A stretch of DNA of 63,987 nucleotides, filler included, from Albugo candida (Eukaryota), in the NCBI GenBank assembly GCA_040437565.1. It is 18 parts of 18 records of this genome, joined end to end, with 100 filler letters (N's around TTAATTAATTAA, not from the genome) between each part and the next. Parts side by side here need not be neighbours in the genome. Positions count along the whole stretch, not along the records: positions 61,502 to 63,987 come from JBDOQK010000295.1; 17 more parts are not named here. One strand, written 5' to 3'. The notes beneath the pieces were generated by a model that saw only the letters and a list, made by a program, of their open reading frames with translations, had not been told where the DNA came from and ran no database searches. The position numbers were made by a program, and so were the translations under genes. Shown piece by piece: positions 61,502 to 63,987 of this stretch. The first letter of the stretch is position 1. Each line of letters opens with the position of its first letter.

Positions 61502-63502
61502 ATATGTGGTGACTCGAACCTAGTGATCAGGCAAATGCGGGGAGAGATGGATTGCAAAGCGCCCGGACTACAGTTACTGCGTCACAAAGCAATGCAGAAA
61601 CTTCGATCTTGGCCAAAACACGAGTTCCTACATATGAAGAGGGAGTGGAACCAAAGCGCGGATCGACTAGCTAGTGCAGCTTTGCAGCAAGAGAAAGGTG
61701 TCATTGTGAACTTGGATCAAGAATTGCAAGAGCTGATATCACTTAACCGGTTGCACGAGTTGCTTCTGCCAGAAAGGACGGATTGCGTGGTGAAAATGAT
61801 GGCGATTACACGATCCGCGCGGCGAAGACGTCAACAACCCGAAGTTTTACAAGAAGAAATAGTACAGCGGATGCGGATCGAGCGGATAAAACAAGCGCAA
61901 GAAGAAGAGAGCTGGATCGCCAACCTGAAGGAATATATTGTGGGCGATCTGACACATATAAATGCAGAGGATGCAAAATTATGCGCTAGGATCGCTCCAG
62001 ACTACGAAGTGGACGAAAACGGATTGCTGTTCTTCAGCCCCCGATCCGCTAAAGAATCAGACGATCGTATGGAGATGGTCCGTCTGGTTGTACCGGAATT
62101 GTTGCAGGAAGACTTTATGCACCATTACCACACGAGCTTAGAGGGTGGTCACCAAGGGATCGGGAGGACTTATCAGCGGATCAGATCCAACTTTCACTGG
62201 AGAGGATTGTATCGGAGCGTGCAACGTTATGTTGGCAAATGCGTGGACTGTACAACCGGGAAGGGTCTACCCGCGATCCGCGGCAGATCTCCGGGAAACA
62301 TACAAGCTACGTACCCATTTCAAGTGATCGCGATGGATCATATCCCATCATTGCCGCGGTCATTTAAAGGAAACACAGAATTGCTGCTGTGGGTAGATCT
62401 ATTCTCAGGGTATGTGATCGCGAGAGCAAGTTCGTCGAGGACCGCGCAAGCGATCGCTGAAGGATACGAAGAATGTGTGTTTCGAAGATTTGGAGCCAGT
62501 GAAGCTATACGTCACGACAGGGAGCCTGGATTTATGTCCGACTTTTTCAGGGCATTTAATCGGATCGCAGGGCAGAAGCAACGTGCGACCATGGCGTACC
62601 GACCGCAAGCGAACGGAACTGCGGAGCGTATGGTGCAGACGTTGACTCGGTCGATTAAGATGTACGTCACGGACGTAGAGCAGAAAGACTGGGATGAATA
62701 CGCAGAAAGATTGACATTTGCCATGAATACGGCACACGATCGGATCCGCGGAGATACTCCGTTCTATTTGATCCATGGTTGGGATCCAAGATCGACACTG
62801 GAAGCAACATTACCGTTGGGGAGCACTAAAACACGCGATGCTGATCCTAGAAGGTGGCGATATAACATCCAGCGTCAATATCAGAAGGCAAGAGAAGTGG
62901 TGAACGAACGTCTCAGGATCGCGATCCAAGATCGAGCGGATCGACACAATGGTAATGATGAAGTGTGTGATATTAAGTGCGGATCGCAAGTTTGGCTCTA
63001 CTTGGATCGAGTAAAAGACGGCTATGCTCGAAAGTTAGCACATATGTGGCATGGGCCATTTCGAGTGGCGGAGTTGTGTGGAGAACATGCGGTTCGGGTG
63101 GAGATCTCAGGAACTCCATACCGATTGTTCCCGATAGTGCACGTCTCCAAGTTAAAGCCAGTGCTACAGTTCCCGGATCGCCCAAGCAGTGTGCTGGTAA
63201 CTGACTGTGGAGATCGTGTGGATTTCGACGAGTCGTTGTTGCCGGAAGACAGTTGGGAAGGCGAGTTGGCTGCTGACGAATACGAAGTGGAGAAGATCTT
63301 GGATGTACGATCAGGACGTAAAACTCGTTATGGCCGAGTGCATCGACAGTTTCTGGTTCAATGGAAGAAACACGACGATCCGACCTGGATAGACGAAGCG
63401 GACCTGAACTGTGGCGCGTTGTTGCAAGATTTCGAGCGCAATCGTGTGAGTCACAACCGGTTTGAAGTTATGCAGTCACATGAGGAGGAAACCGAAGATT
63501 AA
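61502..63502 (+). CDS. pol: Ty3/Gypsy Pol C-terminal half (archaeal-type RNase H, integrase, chromodomain), Chronos-like, 5'-partial
   Basis: ICGDSNLVIRQMRG...WNQSADRLA (aRH), HHYH...GGHQG...CVDC, AMDH, RHDREPGF, QANGTAER, WHGPF, VHVSKLK and YEVEKILDVR...FLVQWK...PTW (chromodomain). The frame is uninterrupted. Confidence 0.95.
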   Translation: MCGDSNLVIRQMRGEMDCKAPGLQLLRHKAMQKLRSWPKHEFLHMKREWNQSADRLASAALQQEKGVIVNLDQELQELISLNRLHELLLPERTDCVVKMMAITRSARRRRQQPEVLQEEIVQRMRIERIKQAQEEESWIANLKEYIVGDLTHINAEDAKLCARIAPDYEVDENGLLFFSPRSAKESDDRMEMVRLVVPELLQEDFMHHYHTSLEGGHQGIGRTYQRIRSNFHWRGLYRSVQRYVGKCVDCTTGKGLPAIRGRSPGNIQATYPFQVIAMDHIPSLPRSFKGNTELLLWVDLFSGYVIARASSSRTAQAIAEGYEECVFRRFGASEAIRHDREPGFMSDFFRAFNRIAGQKQRATMAYRPQANGTAERMVQTLTRSIKMYVTDVEQKDWDEYAERLTFAMNTAHDRIRGDTPFYLIHGWDPRSTLEATLPLGSTKTRDADPRRWRYNIQRQYQKAREVVNERLRIAIQDRADRHNGNDEVCDIKCGSQVWLYLDRVKDGYARKLAHMWHGPFRVAELCGEHAVRVEISGTPYRLFPIVHVSKLKPVLQFPDRPSSVLVTDCGDRVDFDESLLPEDSWEGELAADEYEVEKILDVRSGRKTRYGRVHRQFLVQWKKHDDPTWIDEADLNCGALLQDFERNRVSHNRFEVMQSHEEETED

Positions 63503-63720
63503 CGGGTGATCGAAGCGATGAGTGGTTGGCGTATGCTAAGGGAGGTGGTGTGAGATGATGGATTGGGGTTATATGTAATTTGAGTGGTGATAGCGGATCG
63601 AAGGGATCCGATCGCGGTTGGAAAGCAAAGAAAAGAAGTTGATCTCAAGATGAAGAACAAGATGAAGGATCAAGAGAGATTATATTGAATTATGGAAGCA
63701 TATGAATCAAATCCGAGCGA

Positions 63721-63987
63721 TCAGGCAGGAAAGAACTTACCTCGCAATCGTACGATCGACGATCCGGGATGGTCAGCAATAGAAGAACGATACTGTGAAC
63801 GCCAAGGTTCAGCGGCATCTAACAACGGGAGAGCGGAGATCAAATTGGGGATGCCCTTCGGTTTGCATCCCAGGCCAGGGTACCAGGGGGAAACCTCCTT
63901 GAACGACGGGAAGTGCAGAAAGAAGGGATCCAACAGGATGTCCAGATCACAATGACCTGCTATCATGCCTTGTAGGATGAATCGGAG
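63721..63987 (-). CDS. 3' end of an antisense ORF within the Gypsy internal region
   Basis: The frame is open to the window end: LRFILQGMIAGHCDLDILLDPFFLHFP...WYPG...EPWR...DHP...RLRGKF. It converges on pol. Confidence 0.55.
   Translation of the reverse strand, partial: LRFILQGMIAGHCDLDILLDPFFLHFPSFKEVSPWYPGLGCKPKGIPNLISALPLLDAAEPWRSQYRSSIADHPGSSIVRLRGKFFPA

Overview
This window is not one contiguous locus. It is 18 unplaced eukaryotic contigs of about 3.4-3.6 kb, sorted by decreasing length and joined by an artificial 100-bp spacer (N44-TTAATTAATTAA-N44). Two compositional classes are interleaved. (i) Medium-GC, oomycete-type contigs carry host genes (a CCHCR1-like coiled-coil gene, a myosin head, a PPR-like protein), many decayed L1/Tx1-type LINE copies, MULE remnants, an intact Ty1/Copia pol with PPT and 3' LTR, and an intact aRNaseH+chromodomain Ty3/Gypsy pol. 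(ii) Five AT-rich contigs with short fungal (Mucorales-like) introns each carry a mobile-element gene: three CACTA/Mirage/Plavaka-like DDE transposases, a Helentron/Helitron2-type Rep, and one other gene that is the best candidate for novelty. That candidate is a 5-exon gene (7480-11085, minus strand) of more than 1,110 aa. It has an NLS, a degenerate OTU-like N-terminal domain, Fanzor1-like WED/REC motifs, a ~100-aa coiled-coil insertion and an intact RuvC-I motif (GLDPG). I read it as an unusually large Fanzor (eukaryotic TnpB/Cas12-like RNA-guided nuclease) cut off by the contig end. The Gypsy contig is also about 5-fold enriched in GATC. Family and taxon assignments come from motif recognition only; no database searches were run.
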